A stretch of 64,000 nucleotides of DNA from assembly GCA_010405405.1 (NCBI GenBank), contig MU004235.1:696538-760537 (forward strand). Reading direction: 5' to 3'. A program made the translations under genes and the position numbers. This document shows positions 1-13,200 of this stretch, piece by piece (the first letter of the stretch is position 1; the number at the start of each line of letters is the position of its first letter). The DNA is from Microthyrium microscopicum (Eukaryota). The notes below the pieces were generated by a model, which made no database searches, was not told the DNA's origin, and worked only from the letters and a program-made list of their open reading frames with translations.

Positions 1-182
1 GTGGTGTCGACCCTGAGCCAGCCTGAGATATTAAAACACATAACCACCGTGCCAGACATGCGAAATTGTAGATTTTGAAAAAATCGAAACTAGATGCTAG
101 TGCTGTCGTCGCTCATGAAGATCAGTATGATAGCAAATATTCATTTGGCCGTCTCGTCATGGCGGAGGGCCCTGTACCGATG

Positions 183-2342
183 TCATGAAAGCCAGTGATA
201 GTGGCCGTCCAGTCGATAATAGCTTCGTGTAATAGCGGGAGGAATTGGAGAATTCATCTGTGAATTTGGAACCTCATATAGGGTAGGCTGTGTTTGCTGA
301 TAGTCTGTGCTAGGATAGGTGATTCGATGGGACTGGGTAAAGTGATGCTCTGGTATAGCCAAGTTATTTGGAAGATGTTCCCCTCCCGTCATGATTGGGA
401 CACATTCACCAAACGAGGAATTCGCGCTATTTGTGTAAACTGTATTGCTCCAAGCCTCATCTGGAGCGTAATGTGAAAGCGGTGGCATCGATGTCATCTG
501 GTCCAAACCGGGAGCCATGATTGTACCGGTATGGAGACAACCTTGTGGACTCACATCCTCCAATGTGTTGGGAAGATGATGCAAGGTGTCCACAACCAAA
601 TCCATCCTTCTCGTGTGTGGGAGCTCGGGTAGTGCTGGGTGATGGAGCTCAATTGCGCCATGTTCTGAAACCGAGTCCGATAATTGCGTGTTGGTTTGCG
701 TGTCCAAGATGAGGCTTCGGTATTCCCCTCGAGGAACCGATCGTGCCCGGGTAGATCGCGGAAGCCTCCTTTTGACCCACTTGCGTCTTAAAGGGGCTAC
801 GGAGTTGGAGCCACCAGGTCTATTCTCCGAAAGCTCTTGGGATGAGGTTGAAGATGAGCTTGAAGGAGAAGAAACGCTACCAAAGTCTGATAATTCGGCT
901 TCGTTATGAGATCTTTTCCTGGCTGCGGTGTCCTTGACGGTCGAGGTAGGCTCTTTTTCGCACAAAGTCGATTCCGTAAGACCAATGTTGCCATTGCCAT
1001 CTTCTAGAGACTCCTCTTTCACCTTGACTCTGGTAGACCTTCTCCCACCGACCCTTACGCACTTTGATTGTAACGTAATGTGAACCTTGTCAGTGAGATC
1101 TAGGTAGAGAAAATGAGCTCCGACCAAGATGTTCGATCAAAGTGAAACTTACCAGTATAGTCATTCAAGGCGTCTTGTATTTTGTTGCAGACAACACAGA
1201 GCTGTTTCAGAGCTTCCTTCCAGGCCTGGGCGCTTTCCCTTCTTTTTTGAATCTGCTCATCTCCCAAGTCTTTTGAGTTTGCATAGACCACATCGTTCTC
1301 AAGGGTTGGAATGATATGGACAATCTCACTAGTCAGCTTTTCCATGGCTGTAGTTTGATGCTTCACTTTCAAGCCTTCGTCTTCAAGTACAAACCAGAGC
1401 AGATGAGCTCCGAGTTGTTGACATTCATCCTTGTGCAGATGGTCTGGCTCCTTGTGCCGAATAGCCTTTGGCCACCAGGGCGGCTCTTGCATTCCACCTT
1501 CTCCTACGGCTCGACGTCTTTTGGAGCCTTTTTTCCGCTCCTCTTCATCTGAGTTGACATAAGGCCACTTCTTCTGCTTGTTGGGCTCGATAAACTTGAT
1601 GCTGATCTTTAGTAATGGCTTGACAACATTTTGAGGCATTCTTTGGAAAGATTCGAAAAAGAATTGGTTGAGTCCATCTTTGTCGTCTAGTCGGATACTT
1701 CGTCTTATTGGAGGCGCCTGCTGTGCGGGAACTGCTTTGGTACGGCGCTTCTCTGGCTCTGGGGAGACAACCGACCTTTTGAGGTCGACTGTGGGTTCCC
1801 GTAAACTTCTCTTCGACGGTTTTGCGGTCGAAAGACCTGGCGTTTTATGAAAGTTTGGTGTTGGGACAGAGTACATTGATGTCAAAGGATCAGCAACCAG
1901 GGTTCGAGAGTCGTTAGCTCTGTTGGGGACTAAGAGGTTTAGTTGATTCAGAGAAGACAGGGAACTGCAATAATATTTACCAGGTTGATCAACAACAGGC
2001 TCACTTGGAAGAGAACGAAGGTTGGACATGATGCTTTGCTCCTTGAGCAGTGCTGGTGCAACCAGAAAGAGCTCATTGATGGTCAAAGATGATTGAGCGT
2101 GGAACTGATTTGGTAGCTTGTAATAAACCACATCGTGGAGATTGGCAACCCAGGTGTTCGTGCCTATGGTGAATACTACTTCTTCATTTGGGCATGGATT
2201 TGGCATGGCCTGACCAAGTCCAGCGGCATTTGGTTGTTCCCCTGTAATTAGCAACTAATTAGTACCTGTGCTGAAAACCGTGTTCCAATGTGCAAGAACC
2301 TCTACCTTTGAGAGAGGCCTGCTCGGAAGCTCCCTTAGCCAT
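183..2342 (-). CDS. DUF2841 / YDR124W-like (AFUB_079030-like) domain protein; predicted exons 2342-2306, 2241-1153, 1099-183
   Basis: ORF 1100..2254 contains FFESFQRMPQNVVKPLLKISIKFIEPNKQKKWPY...PPWWPKAIRHKEPDHLHKDE, the DUF2841 signature. Intron 1152-1100 (GTAAG...CTCAT...TAG) joins it in frame to ORF 183..1127. Intron 2305-2242 (GT...GCTAAT...CAG) gives a phase-compatible ATG at 2342; this first exon is less certain. Confidence 0.8.
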
Positions 2343-5039
2343 TGTGGCCGAAATTTGTTCTCAGCTTATCTATAGTTATGTCTGTCACCAGGCGAAAGAA
2401 GTCGTCGAAACAATTTTGTGATAAGCAACGTCTAACGAATGGTAAGTATAGCTGGCATATTTAATGTTTGTGGGATTAGGTGTCGGAGCGATCAATTTGG
2501 CGCATCTAGCATCGTAAAGAACAAACTCAACTTACTTGAACCAATCGTGATTTCAGTTGTCAGTTGACAATGTTGGGCAAGAGAGGGAGAGATGTCAAGT
2601 CCTGCAAATATTTGTGCAGACATGTAAGAAATGTTTGACCATGAGTAGTAAAGGGGAAGAGATTTTCGACAGTGGCAATAGGTATTGTAGATAATGTGTG
2701 TGAAGTGATGGGAAGCATAGGAGGCCAAGGCAGGGATATAGTTGGGTGTTAGGCAATGCCAGATTGATATTGAACCAGGCGCATTATCCTGCTTTGGATC
2801 TTACATCCCCAAGACAATGGTCAAAGCTGAGTAAGGACCTGTCTGGCCGATGGCGAGCAGCGCTTTCTGACCACTCCGAGATCTGAGATCCAGGCAAATG
2901 GGTTTGAGATTCTGCCATGTACTCGGTCAATCTAGCTGGTGACGGTAAACCTGCAGCGCTTTCGACTTTGATCACTGTGTCACCATTCTGGCCACCTAAG
3001 GTATCTGCTTCGGAGAACTGCGTATGGAAGACAAAGACAGCATTGCTGAGGCTACCGAATGATCTGTTCTGGGATGTTGGCGCGGGAGGTTGGCCCGATG
3101 GTTTTCGTAAGCGATGTCCAACCAAACTGTCGGTCCCAGATGGATTGAATTGTGATATAACCTTGTTGAGAGTCTTATATTATGCTTAAAATACTGTTGT
3201 CAACAGCCAAGGTATTCAATTATATTGCAATACTATTGGAAGGCTCATCATGGTGTGAAGTGCAAATATGAACCTGCCGGGGTTGTAAAGGGAGCTACTG
3301 GTCTTAAGCGCACACAATCGCGCGCAAACACCACACGAGGAGATTTCCAAGGGATGCTGGTACGGCATGTTGCCGTCCCCTGTTCGACAAGCCGTCCAGA
3401 CCCTGTGTATGGGAGCGCTATGACTACCTTGGTATTTCTAAGGCAAATTTCAGCAATGCTATAGACCTCGTACCTATCAAGCTTCAGGTCTGGTAGCCAG
3501 TTTATAGGCATAGGCAGTCATACGGTAGGCGATGTGCCTACTCATCATATGTTTCTAGCTAAGCAAACACAGTATCTCTGAATATTGGCAATCAAAACCT
3601 TCCATCTACATTTCACCAGCCTCAGATCAAAATCTATAATGGTGGATGATATGCAGCCCAGGGATGGCGACATGAGGTTTGCATTAGTTGCCGCGGGGAG
3701 AAACTTGTCGTATTCCGTATGGCCATTCTAGACACCTTTGTACTCTCAGCTTCCTGGCGTTCGCCATTGTTGTACACAACTCGACAACGCCAAATGGTGA
3801 CAAGATTCTGCCCCTGTCACCGAGCGCCGCCATCGTAATGGGATGCCTGGGGTAGAAATCAAATCTGCCATGATCGTATCTGATGGAAACCATGTCTGAT
3901 ACCAAGGTCTGATCGATCGATCTTGTAACAACCACGCAGGGTTAATTCCCTGGTAATCGGATATTTAGGCCTCGTCGTGCTTGAGAGAGCTGATGAGTTG
4001 ACATGCTTTCAACATTTATAAAACATGTCCATGAAATCACACGGCCATCATTCATGCGTGGGAGGTGTCTATACAGGTATCGAATCGCTTTGGCAAAACA
4101 GTTTGCTCAACAATTCCACCGTAAGAAAGAAACAACGAAGAAATGTGCACGAGGGGACTTTGACTCCATCACAACCCCTGCGTGACTTGCTGATCCAGCA
4201 GGGATAATGCGCAATCCCATTCAGAGCAGCAAGCCAAGAAGAACCGCACGGTCATTGGACAAATAAACGACGTGGGCAGCCACACCTTTCCTCGATAGGC
4301 GGACTGCGATTTGCTCTAAGTTTATGCAGTCTGGAGGGTCGGCAAACCGGATCCGTAATAATAGGCCCCTGATCCGTCGCTCAATTAGGAAAGGTTCTAT
4401 TTAAGAATCGGTAGTAGTTATATAGCGCTAATGGAATCTATTAGCGCTATATAATAGAATTTAGCTCTAATTCTTAATAACGCTTTACTAGAATAGTATT
4501 TATGTAGAGTTTGTGTAGACGTTAGATCTTAGCCTTAAGGTTAATAAAATGCGTAAAAAACTAATTGATTTTAAGTAGGAAACTAATCGATTTTAAGCAT
4601 ATTCTTAAAGCTACGGGTAAACCTAAGAATAGCTAAGACTCCTAAGAGAGCTATAGGTTGTAGAATATGCGCTAATAAAGAGATATAATCCTGCAGTAGT
4701 AATTTAGTAGTAGAAACTATTAGATCTAATATCTTTACATTCTATAACTTATATCTTTATATTCTAAAGCTTAACATCTTCTTTAAAGCTAAAATGTCTT
4801 AACAATCTACTTTAACACCTAGAATCTCAATTAAGAGCATGCTTAGCTCATTCGAAGCAAACCTAACTTCCTCCCTTCCCTTCCATACCCCCTAGGGCCC
4901 TACCGTATAAAATACGCCTATGCTAGTCTCTAGTCGCTAGCAGGCTATAGCGCCTATAGAGACCTCTTCTAGTCACTAGTTTCTTAGCTAGGGCTAAGAT
5001 AATCTAACTAAATTAGTTAGAATCTACATCCACAATAAG

Positions 5040-5954
5040 GAATTATACAATAGTAGTACTAGCGATGCCCTAAGTAGTTAGAAGGACATATTTTAGAGGA
5101 GCGTTATTTAGGATTTTAAGAGTACGTCTAGTAGTAAAGCACTTATTGATTAAACGATAAAAAGTGCTCTAAAAGATACGGTAATATAGTGGCGTAAAGA
5201 GAAGGATAAATACCATTTAGGGATAGTTCTTAGTTCTAATCTATGTCAAGAAGCTTTAGATGCGTAGATTATTATTAAAGACTAGTATAATTTAAGGGTA
5301 CTAAGTAGAACTAACGCTTAGGAACTAGTTAACGCACGTAGGTAAGAATAGGTTTAACAGCGTGATATTATTATAACAACATTTAGCGAGCGTTAGGAGC
5401 TAATTATTAAAGAAGATAAGACTTTACTACCGCCTATAGATAATATATCTACTCTACCTATTCCTAGATTACTGTTAGCACCGCTAGTTTAACCTTTATT
5501 AGAAGAATTCCTTAACTTCAATACTACTAGTTTAGGTCCTTTACTACTATAGCGTACGCGCGCTTAAATACTAACGCCTAAGCCTCTAGTAGGTCCTAGC
5601 TTAAGGGGGGGTAGAAGGGCTTAAAATCCTACGGTAGGATGAGTAAAGCGTTAAAAAACGCTATCTTATATTAATGAGGTAGCCCTTACGATAAAGAAGT
5701 ATTTTAAAGATGCTGATGAGAGAGGTAAAGAAGCTTATCGTCTTACACGAGCATAGAACCTTATAGATACAGTTATTAATAATAGTAAAGGTGCGCCAAA
5801 ATTATAATAGAGTAAAGAGGTGTTATAGAATTTAAGAAGTGTTAAAGCGCGGGTCTTTGGATTAGAAGAATAGACTACTTAGCTTTTAGAGCAATATTTA
5901 GAGATAGCGAGGGAACTTAGTTACGATCCTATAAATAGGCCTAGACAGACATAA
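5040..5954 (+). pseudogene. RIP-mutated second ORF of the Harbinger-type element (putative Myb/SANT-like accessory protein); boundaries approximate
   Basis: Reading through TAG/TAA as former CAG/CAA/TGG gives segments such as TF*RSVI*DFKST...ALKDTVI*WRKEKDKYH...CQEALDA*III and ...VFGLEE*TT*LLEQYLEIARELSY...*. Position and orientation match the second gene of PIF/Harbinger elements; the domain call is inference. Confidence 0.55.
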
Positions 5955-6099
5955 TTCTAATATTCTTTGCAAATTTTGGTAGTTATTATAGACGTATTCT
6001 ATTTATAGCCCTTTACGATATCTTCTAAAAGCTTTAAAGGTTAAATAAAATGCTAACTCTAAATCTTTAATATCTTCACCCCTTAATATCTTATAGGCA

Positions 6100-7321
6100 C
6101 CTAACTATATCTCTTCTTTATTACTTCTTTAATACATAATATTCCTTCTAATCTTTAATAACTTTATAAACAAAACTATTAAATAAACCGTTAGAATTTA
6201 GATAATCCTTAATTAACATTAGCAATGTCCTAAAATATAAATTTACTAAATTTATACGGTAATAGGTAAGATAGTTAGTTAATAAGAATAATATACCTAA
6301 ATAATAGGTAATAGGTATTAAACTAACGCGTAGGCCTAGCCTAAAATTAGATATCCCTCTATACCATAATCCTTTTACCTATGCAAAAGATTACTTAATG
6401 GATATACGCTTCTTTACTATAATTTAATTAAATTGCTACTTAGTAACATTTAGTAGGCTATTAAATGGGACTATTATAATATTACTACCCTAGTATGTGG
6501 CATCCCTATATAACTATTATTTTTAGTAGTAAAGAAATAGCTAACGGAGTTTATCTTTAAGATTTAATTCTAAAAGCATTATTCTATTATTAATTGCCCT
6601 AGGATAACTAACGTTAATAGAGAGAATTATACTATTAGGATAGCATACGGCCTAGCTCTTTATATAGTATCTTTAAGCATAACTACTATAAAATGCTCGC
6701 TATTAATCCTCTCTACCTTCTAGTTAATAGATATTTACTATAGTGGCGTTAATAAAGCCCTAAAAGCAATCTCTACTACTAGCGTCCTTTATAATATCTG
6801 TATATTCCTATATTCAATTTAGCGTTAAGAGAGGGTAGAATTTTAAGAGCTTATGGTAGTAACGATAGAGATATATTAACGTTTAATTAAAGTAATCTTT
6901 TAATAGTGTAGGACTCTTGTAAAACTAATAGGAGAGATTAAAATAAATATACAGTTAAGATAGCCTTATTAGCACCAACGCCATTAAGAATTTAGCTTTA
7001 TATAGTAGATTATAACGCTTCTTTAAGAGAAGGCTCTAGAGATCTATTAGATAAGCCAATTGTTTAATTTTCTCCTTTAAAAACTTGTTATATACTAATT
7101 AGTACTATAGATATTCTTCTTTATAGCTTTAAATAACTATACTAATATTGTAATACTATATTACTATTAGAGAGAAGATTGAGATTCCATTCTTAGTGTT
7201 CGTAGCTAATAGGTAGCTGATATTCTCAATTAATACAATCCTAATTAATATTATCAAGGAATTAGAAGAATTGTAACGCTATTATAGTTGCTTTAGTAGC
7301 AATTTATTGTTTAGCGTCTAT
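6100..7321 (-). pseudogene. RIP-mutated DDE_Tnp_4 (HARBI1-like) transposase; boundaries approximate
   Basis: Minus-strand translation: DCF*GFINAT...RAFYSSY...IKS*AVCYPNSI (around 6640-6770; cf. WGFIDGT..QR..YSG..K.Q.V..PDG), YRDATY*G...VPF...FN...KRISIK*SFA*VKGLW (6360-6510; cf. YGD.AY..FN..R..VE..F..V..W), and YYLGILFLLTNYLTYYR.NLV..YF...IKDYL. Most deviations from consensus are G>A/C>T changes. Confidence 0.82.
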
Positions 7322-9523
7322 CGCAAGTATTTTAGCTATCTTAGGGCTTAAATTTAATAATTTTTAGATAATTTTTAGACAGTTAATGGCTAAGATATTA
7401 TTAAATTAGGGTTCAAAAAGCTATAGGGGCAAAATTTGTATATGATCCTTTATCCCTATTTGATACCCCCTAATAGGACCAACTAATCTACCCCTTACCT
7501 CTTTTGGCTGTCGGATAGCGTTTATTAATTATCAAGTTTTCAGCTGCCGACCCTCCAGAGTGTAAATCTTTGCTGAAAATATCTGTAAATCGAACCGCAA
7601 TGTAAGTGCAGAAATTCCCCGATATTAGTTCAAACAAATAAGCCGGTATTGTACCTGTATGGAAGTTTGGGCACTGCCAATAATACAAGTTAATGGGATT
7701 GAGGGCTTTGGTACCTGGAATTCAAAAGTGAAGCTAGTCATACTACTGCTCACTCGCGTGTCATTATTCTTCCGCCCATGCCACGCTCCGCCTGCCATGC
7801 TTTCGCCATGCTTTCGGCCACGCGATTCTTATCAAACTCGTGGCAGGTTCAAGTCAACGCCAGTCTAAAATCGCGTTCGGTGTGGCCGGCCTATCAATGA
7901 AGGTAGAATGAAGAGAATCTAGAGCGTGGGTCTCGCCCTTTGTGTGTGGATTCACTAGATAATGCATATCACAGCTGCAACAGTATCCGTCAAGAGCGTG
8001 GGCCTGGTTCTGAATCAACAGACGAGATCAAGAACTTGGGTAGTGCCAAGATGCAGCCGCGCGCCTCTTCAAATGCTAGCAGGGATTTGCTACCCGTACG
8101 TCCGTAGTTCTTCCCTCCATCGCCTGCACTAAGTATCTCAGTAGTAACCAAAATGTACAAGGTAACGGCGAATGTGAGATTATGTAGGACAGCACGCTAA
8201 ACGACGTGGTTTCAGTTGCAAATCCTTCTATTCGGACCGACCAAGCGAATGATGGTACAAATTCGGCTTCTTGGGCCTCAAAGCGGTCGCATAAGTTGGT
8301 TGTGATGTCCATCTTGTTTGCATGGTTCTCTCATTCTTGATGCCTTGTCTTCTCTGTCTCCATGATTGTTTTCCAGGTCATGTGGACGTTTAAGCGATGA
8401 TCCAAAGAGGTCCTCTGAAATGTATGGATTGCTTCTCTTTTACGCTCCCATGAAGATTACAGGATGGTTGCACCTAAATTTGTACTATTAATGCTGTCCT
8501 CCCTTCACTGCTGATCATTGACCGTTGAGTGCATCAAGTTGGAGTTACAAGACCATAGAGGCAATGGACTATCATGTCATCAACCTGAATTCTTATCAAT
8601 CAGCCTTCATGAAGAGGTCACCAATGCAACAAATTAACAGCCCCGAAATTTGGAGTCTGGAGTCAACTCCTTCTCTTGATTGGCTGTATAGTATATCTGA
8701 CTTTGGATCTCAGCGATCCAGCATTTTTAAGGCCAACACATAAAAGCCTGGTGTGACGTTAGTACTTCCAAAGTGCCGCATTGCCGCTCGAGCTTGCCGC
8801 ACCAACTTGCGACCTCTTCCCCAGGTTCCAAGCGCTAAAGTTGACCTCCCGGAGAATTTACTAAACTTCTCTGCTAGCACAAAGATTAGCGACATAGCTT
8901 CGTGAAGCTACTGAAAGTGAAAACGAATCTAGATCTTGACTTTGATTCTTGCAGTGACTTTGCCTAGGTACTTTACACATGTGCTGCGCCGCTGCCGCAA
9001 CAATGCTTTCCTGCCACATTCTACCCTCCGCCATGCGGCATCAAATGAGCCTGGGCCCCTGCTGCGTTAAACCCCTGTAAAATGATCGGCGGATCCAGGA
9101 GCTTGGGATTCGACCAGGGTCCTACTGTTCCCGCCCCCTAGCGTCCTTAGCCTCGTCCAGCCAAGCTAGCGCCACCCAGCCTGCATGTGCCGAGAGGGTA
9201 CTTTCAGCCTTGAACCACAACTGACAGGTGAGCTCAACCGACAACACCCTCTCGCGGCGCCCACACGCCCTATCACCTTGTAGCGCACAGGGTATGATCG
9301 CGGGGTAGGAAAGTCAAGGTCGGCGAGGCAAGGGGAGCTTTTACTAGGCTTCCAACTGCCTTGGAACGAGCAAGAAAGGCAATGAAATAAATGGCCATCA
9401 ACACACCCTTCTCAACGGTTGTTCGTCTGCTCAGGTACCACGGCAGATCTGCGCAGGCCCCACCTTGTGACTTGCCTACAGATTTTTTAAAACCTAACAG
9501 CCTGCGTCAAGAATTTCCTAGCT

Positions 9524-9581
9524 ACTCTAGCAAAAAACCGCGGGGGGGGGGGGGGGGCTTTTGCTTTTCCTTTGCTAGAGT
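9524..9581. repeat. G16 homopolymer enclosed by an 11-bp inverted repeat
   Basis: G run at 9542-9557; ACTCTAGCAAA (9524-9534) is the reverse complement of TTTGCTAGAGT (9571-9581). Confidence 0.9.
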
Positions 9582-10204
9582 TTTGACCAATGTTTTGGCG
9601 AGGTTGGACTGCAGGGCAAGATGCATAGTCTTACCGGAAGATGAGCTGCTTTCTTCCGCGCCAATCTTGTCCTCATACTCTATTCTCTGGGGTTGTATTA
9701 CGGCCCGGTTGGCCAATATCTGCACGCCAGCGATATCTTGCAATCGCAAATCGCAATAAATCGCTGCGGTGAAGGCCTTTGGCTGGCATGTATGCTGCTG
9801 CAATAATATGTGGTGTATCGACGCAGACAGGCTTATTATACATATCAGTCTGCAGATGGACAAGAGGCTGCAGGCAACACCTCCAAGCGAGGACGGGGCC
9901 TTGCTTTTGCACCGACAATTCTACGTCTTGTACATCATAAGATGGGATTTAAGAGTCCGAATACTTTCGGACTGTTGGCTCAATTTTATCTCAATTGTCC
10001 GTAGCCAACTCAGCCAGAGGCGCCACGACGCATGCACTCCACTTCTATCGAAATTTTGGCCCTGAAATTAACAACTACGAGTTCTGATACAGTATTAACA
10101 AAGGTCTGTACGTAGCTCCACCCCGCCATGTGGCTCTGTGTTGGTTGCACGTTTCGATCCTGCTCGCCTATGCTTGCTCTGCGCATCGATCACAAGTAGC
10201 GGAC

Positions 10205-13200
10205 TCAATCCACTACAGATCCCAACAGATTCGCCTCCTTGACCAATTCATAGAATAGTCCATGCTGCTTGACTAGATTTGCCGGTGTATCGAACTCCAC
10301 CGCTCGTCCTTGCTGTAGGACAACAATGCGATCCGAGTCCAAGATGGTGTTGATGCGGTGGGCAATTGTGATGATTGTCTTACTACTGAAACGATTGCTT
10401 CTCAATGTAGTTTGAAGCATGGCGTCCGTTTCTACATCTACAGCGGCCTAAAAGAGTTCATGTTAGCAATATCCAAACCAATTGTTATTCAGATTTGTGT
10501 ATGAAACGCATACGCTCGTTCCTCTGCAATCATAAAAAGCAAACTTTCAAATATGCAAAGCAACGACGGATCCAGTACAAATTTGCAACATGTCCCGCGC
10601 TCGCGCTTGAGAACGACATTCCGAAGGCGGCCACTGGGGGCAAGGACCAATGTCTACGTATTATAAATGGAGATGCGGTAACACTTACTGTTGCTTCATC
10701 CAGGACGAGAATGTTGCTAGGAGCGAGCAGTGCCCGTGCTAGTGACACCAGGGACCGTTGTCCTTGGCTAAGATTTGATCCTGTAACGCGCCGAGCAGTC
10801 AGTAAACGTTGATCCTTCTAAACTGAAGCTCTAGAATTCCCACTACTTACCGCCTTCATTGATGTGAGCGTCGAGTTTGCCGGTCATGCCCGCAACGTGC
10901 TCCTTCAAGCGCGCATGATCTAAAGATACGTCAGCTCAACTGCATATAACCGAGGCTGGTTGCCACCTACCAAGTGCATTCCACAGCTCTGTGTCGTCAT
11001 GAACATTGGCTGGATCTAAGTTGTCCCGCACGGTACCTTCGAAAAGTGCTGCATCTTGCGGTATGATGGCGAGGCGAGATCTCAGATCGCGCAGTCCAAT
11101 TTTGCTGGTGTCAAGATCGTCAATGCTGATGTTCCCTTCTGCTGCTTCGATGATTCTAAATAATGCCAATGTGAGAGAGCTTTTACCGGCTCCTGTGCGT
11201 CCAACAACGCCGATTTTCTCTCTTGGCTTGAAAGAAAGGCTGATATCTTTCAGGACCAAGTCTAATTCGGGCCGATACCTGGTGCTATAGTTGTGAAATT
11301 CTACAGCTCCATGCGCAGGCCAGCTAATTGGGGGTCGTTTCTTGGAGATGATTTCAGGAGCCTCCGGTGGAAGGCTTGCATACTCGAGCACGCGCTCAAC
11401 CGAGACGATGTTAGTCTCTACTTCCACAGTCTGTCGTACGATCCAGTTCAGAGAAGAAGTAATCTGCAGTGCGTATGACATCGCCAAACCAAGAAGACCT
11501 GCAGAGGGTCCACCACCTTGAGATACCGCGACAACGGCAAACACCGAGGCAAAAAGTATCACGACTGATCCAATGAATTCAAGACGCACGGCCAACCACC
11601 TGTTTGCGCTTATGGAAGGGAAGAATGCGCGCATATTGGCATCAACACGCCATTCATTCTCTTGGGAGAATCTGTCCTGCTGACGGTATGCCCGAATTGT
11701 GCTCATACCGCTCAAGCTCTCTTGAAAGTGAGCATATATAGGACTGCGGCTGACACTATCTAATCGTTTCAACTCGCGCGAAGTACGCAAATAGTAACGC
11801 TGGATATAGTAGTAGAGAGCTCCAAGCGGTAGAATCAGGGCTGAAAACCATGGTGTGGATACACAAATAGCAATCAGAGTGAATCCAGCTGATTGGGAAT
11901 TAGCTTCTATCATGATGTTCTTTGAGTGGAACACAAACCTCGAGCTGCATTCATAACCAAGCCATTGAAATTTCGACTTGTCAAATTAGTACAAATGCCG
12001 CATAACCACTCTGACCCGAACTTACGCTATCACTTCATCAACACGGTAAATGTCACTGCCAAACGTTAGCTAAACCTTTGAATATGAAGCAACGATCAGT
12101 GATGTGAGACGGGTAGAAGCATAAAATGCTGCATTAGCAACCGAAAGTAGTAATCGGATTGACTGAATTTGAAGGGTGCAGAACTGACCTGGAAAATCGA
12201 TTCAGGATTCGTCCGGCCGGAGTTGTTTCAAAGAAGCTCATTGGAGATCGGAAAATGGCGAACGCCATTCGTTCATGGAGCTTGCGGGAGGCCTAATCGG
12301 CACGGGCAGCCTTGCATTAGTTGCAGTCCGGAGAATATAGAATTGGAAGAGGCTGAATGGACAACTCACCTCTATCGAACAAAAGATCCACAGAAGCAGG
12401 GTCTGAACAAGAACAAGAGCAGAGTACCCGATGCCAAAGCCAAAGTATATCCCGATGTATTTTCCGACATGATAGTTGCCACCCCTGTCGCTGTTGACCT
12501 CTGACCAATGCTTGAGCCATACGCTGCTTCCTATCACAACGTTAGTATGGAACCAATCCGTCTCTTTGCGTCGAAACGGCTATAGGGATGAAATTAATCT
12601 CCGAAAGAAACACAATCGTTCATGGGCAAGCAGGCCACACAACGGGCCGGCGGTAGATGGGCGCGACGGCTCGATCCGTTTCGCGTATGAAGTTTACAAG
12701 GCTGACAACAGGGGCATGCAATGTAACTCACCAATTTGAGCAGTCTGAGCGGCCACCAGCATCAGAAACCAGATCGCCACAGCCACTGAGTTGGCACTAG
12801 AGGCATAAGCGGTGTAAACAGACCACTTCACTTTACCTTGTTCCGATCGCTCCTTATTCTGAACTGATTTTGCTCCGCCCTGTTCCTCATCGAGCGCCTT
12901 GCCTCGCGGACCGCGGGCACTTGCAGTGCTTGCTCGTCGTAATGTAGCCATACTAGACCGGCGGGCCGGGTGGCTTTCAGTGGTGGATCGAATCGGCTCA
13001 AGTTGTGCAAGTGTGTCTCCTTGGCTTTCATCCTCGATGGCATCCTCAGTTTCAGAATCTTCGTCGTTGACATACATCGTATCTTCGCTGGCAGTGCTCG
13101 CCGATAGGGGGCTATTGGAGGGAGAGTCATCGGAGCTCGAAGTCTTGATGAGACTTGCAATCTCGCCCTTCATTGCCATGAGCTGTTCGTAGCTTCCGCG

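Larger units (their letters stand above)
4331..7558. mobile_element. Full-length, RIP-inactivated PIF/Harbinger-superfamily (PHIS, probably Pangu-like) DNA transposon
   Basis: Perfect 14-bp TIRs CTGGAGGGTCGGCA (4331-4344) / TGCCGACCCTCCAG (7545-7558), flanked by the direct repeat AGT (4328-4330 and 7559-7561). Interior is very AT- and TpA-rich with CpA/TpG depletion (RIP signature) and holds two decayed convergent ORFs. Confidence 0.88.

Noticed and set aside
2492..4207. Several 60-113-aa ORFs between the DUF2841 gene and the transposon
   Set aside because: No homology cues or splice-supported model; treated as intergenic.
8860..8886. Minus-strand ATCTTTGTGC / CAGAGAAG resembling U4 or U6 snRNA
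   Set aside because: Matches stop after 8-10 nt; the remaining conserved snRNA elements are absent.
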